A DNA stretch of 64,000 nucleotides from Malacoraja senta (Eukaryota): assembly GCA_038087875.1 (NCBI GenBank), contig JAXLNO010005313.1, forward strand, positions 186,001 through 250,000, in the 5' to 3' direction. Numbering within the stretch: the first letter of the stretch is position 1; each line of letters begins with the position of its first letter. The notes under the pieces were generated by a model. That model saw only the letters and a list, made by a program, of their open reading frames with translations. It was not told the DNA's origin and did not search any database. The translations under genes were made by a program, and so were the position numbers. Positions 63,444 through 64,000 of this stretch are shown in pieces.

Positions 63444-63925
63444 CAGCTCCTGGTTTAGGGTTGCAAATTTTCCTCCCACTCAGATGAAAGGATTGGTGGA
63501 GATGGTGCCAAAGTATATGCACATATGGCTGAAGCAGCTCCTGGTTCAGGGTTGCAATTTCCTCCCACTCGGTTGAACGTAGTGATGGAGATGGTGCCAA
63601 AGTATATGCACACATGCCTGGCAGCTCCTGGTTCAGGGTTGCATAAGTCCTCCCACTCGAATGTGTGAAGTGATGGAGATGGAGCCATATATATTATGCC
63701 CCGTATTACGGAAGCATACACAGGCAGTTCAAGTCATATTGCCTGTAGCTGCCCTGGTTTCAAGGTTCGCATTTTCCTCCCACCCGAAAGACTATCAGAG
63801 ATGGTGTCACAAAATATGCTCGGTATTATAGAAGCATGCACAGACAGTCCGAGGCATACGGATATGGCAACACCTGGTTCAGGGTGCAATTTTTCTCCCA
63901 CTCTAACAGAGTGTCAGAGATCACT
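63444..63925. repeat. Tandem array of five 87-124-bp units, plus an orphan unit at 63090
   Basis: Core cagctcctggttcagggttgcaatttcctcccactc...gagatggtgcca starts at 63444, 63535, 63622, 63746 and 63868. Confidence 0.85.
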
Positions 63926-64000
63926 ATGGACTGACTCCAAACATGAGCCCGAACATGACTATGTGCCAGGATCCCATGCTTTAATGCGTGATGTACGACA

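Noticed and set aside
63444-63925. CRISPR-like repeat/spacer appearance
   Set aside because: Vertebrate intron, no cas genes, degenerate repeats, and the intervening sequences are homologous to each other.

Overview
Eukaryotic genomic DNA. The repeat families point to a cartilaginous fish, probably a skate or ray (inferred). The window lies within the 5' part of a JAK2 gene on the minus strand. Nine GT-AG coding exons (60975 down to 563; 1504 nt, about 501 aa) encode the FERM and SH2-like domains. The eight internal exons match human JAK2 exons 4-11 in length; the first coding exon is 217 nt versus 226 nt. The pseudokinase and kinase exons lie beyond position 1. The introns are packed with mobile DNA: a 3.9-kb 5'-truncated L1 with a 130-bp target-site duplication; many CR1 fragments, one nested antisense inside another to form a ~450-bp inverted repeat; about 15 Penelope-like fragments, most carrying a minimal hammerhead ribozyme motif and several forming palindromes; HE1/V-SINE-type tRNA SINEs; Rex1/Babar, RTE and Vingi-like LINE pieces; a PIF/Harbinger-type MITE; CpG-rich bipartite non-autonomous retroposons; minisatellites; and an assembly gap. 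Most entries in the ORF track are spurious or TE-derived. TE family names come from motif recognition, not database searches. I found no clearly new biological system. The strongest leads are the Penelope hammerhead motifs, the very long L1 TSD, the nested CR1 hairpin near exon 8, and a compact GATA/ETS/RUNX motif cluster.
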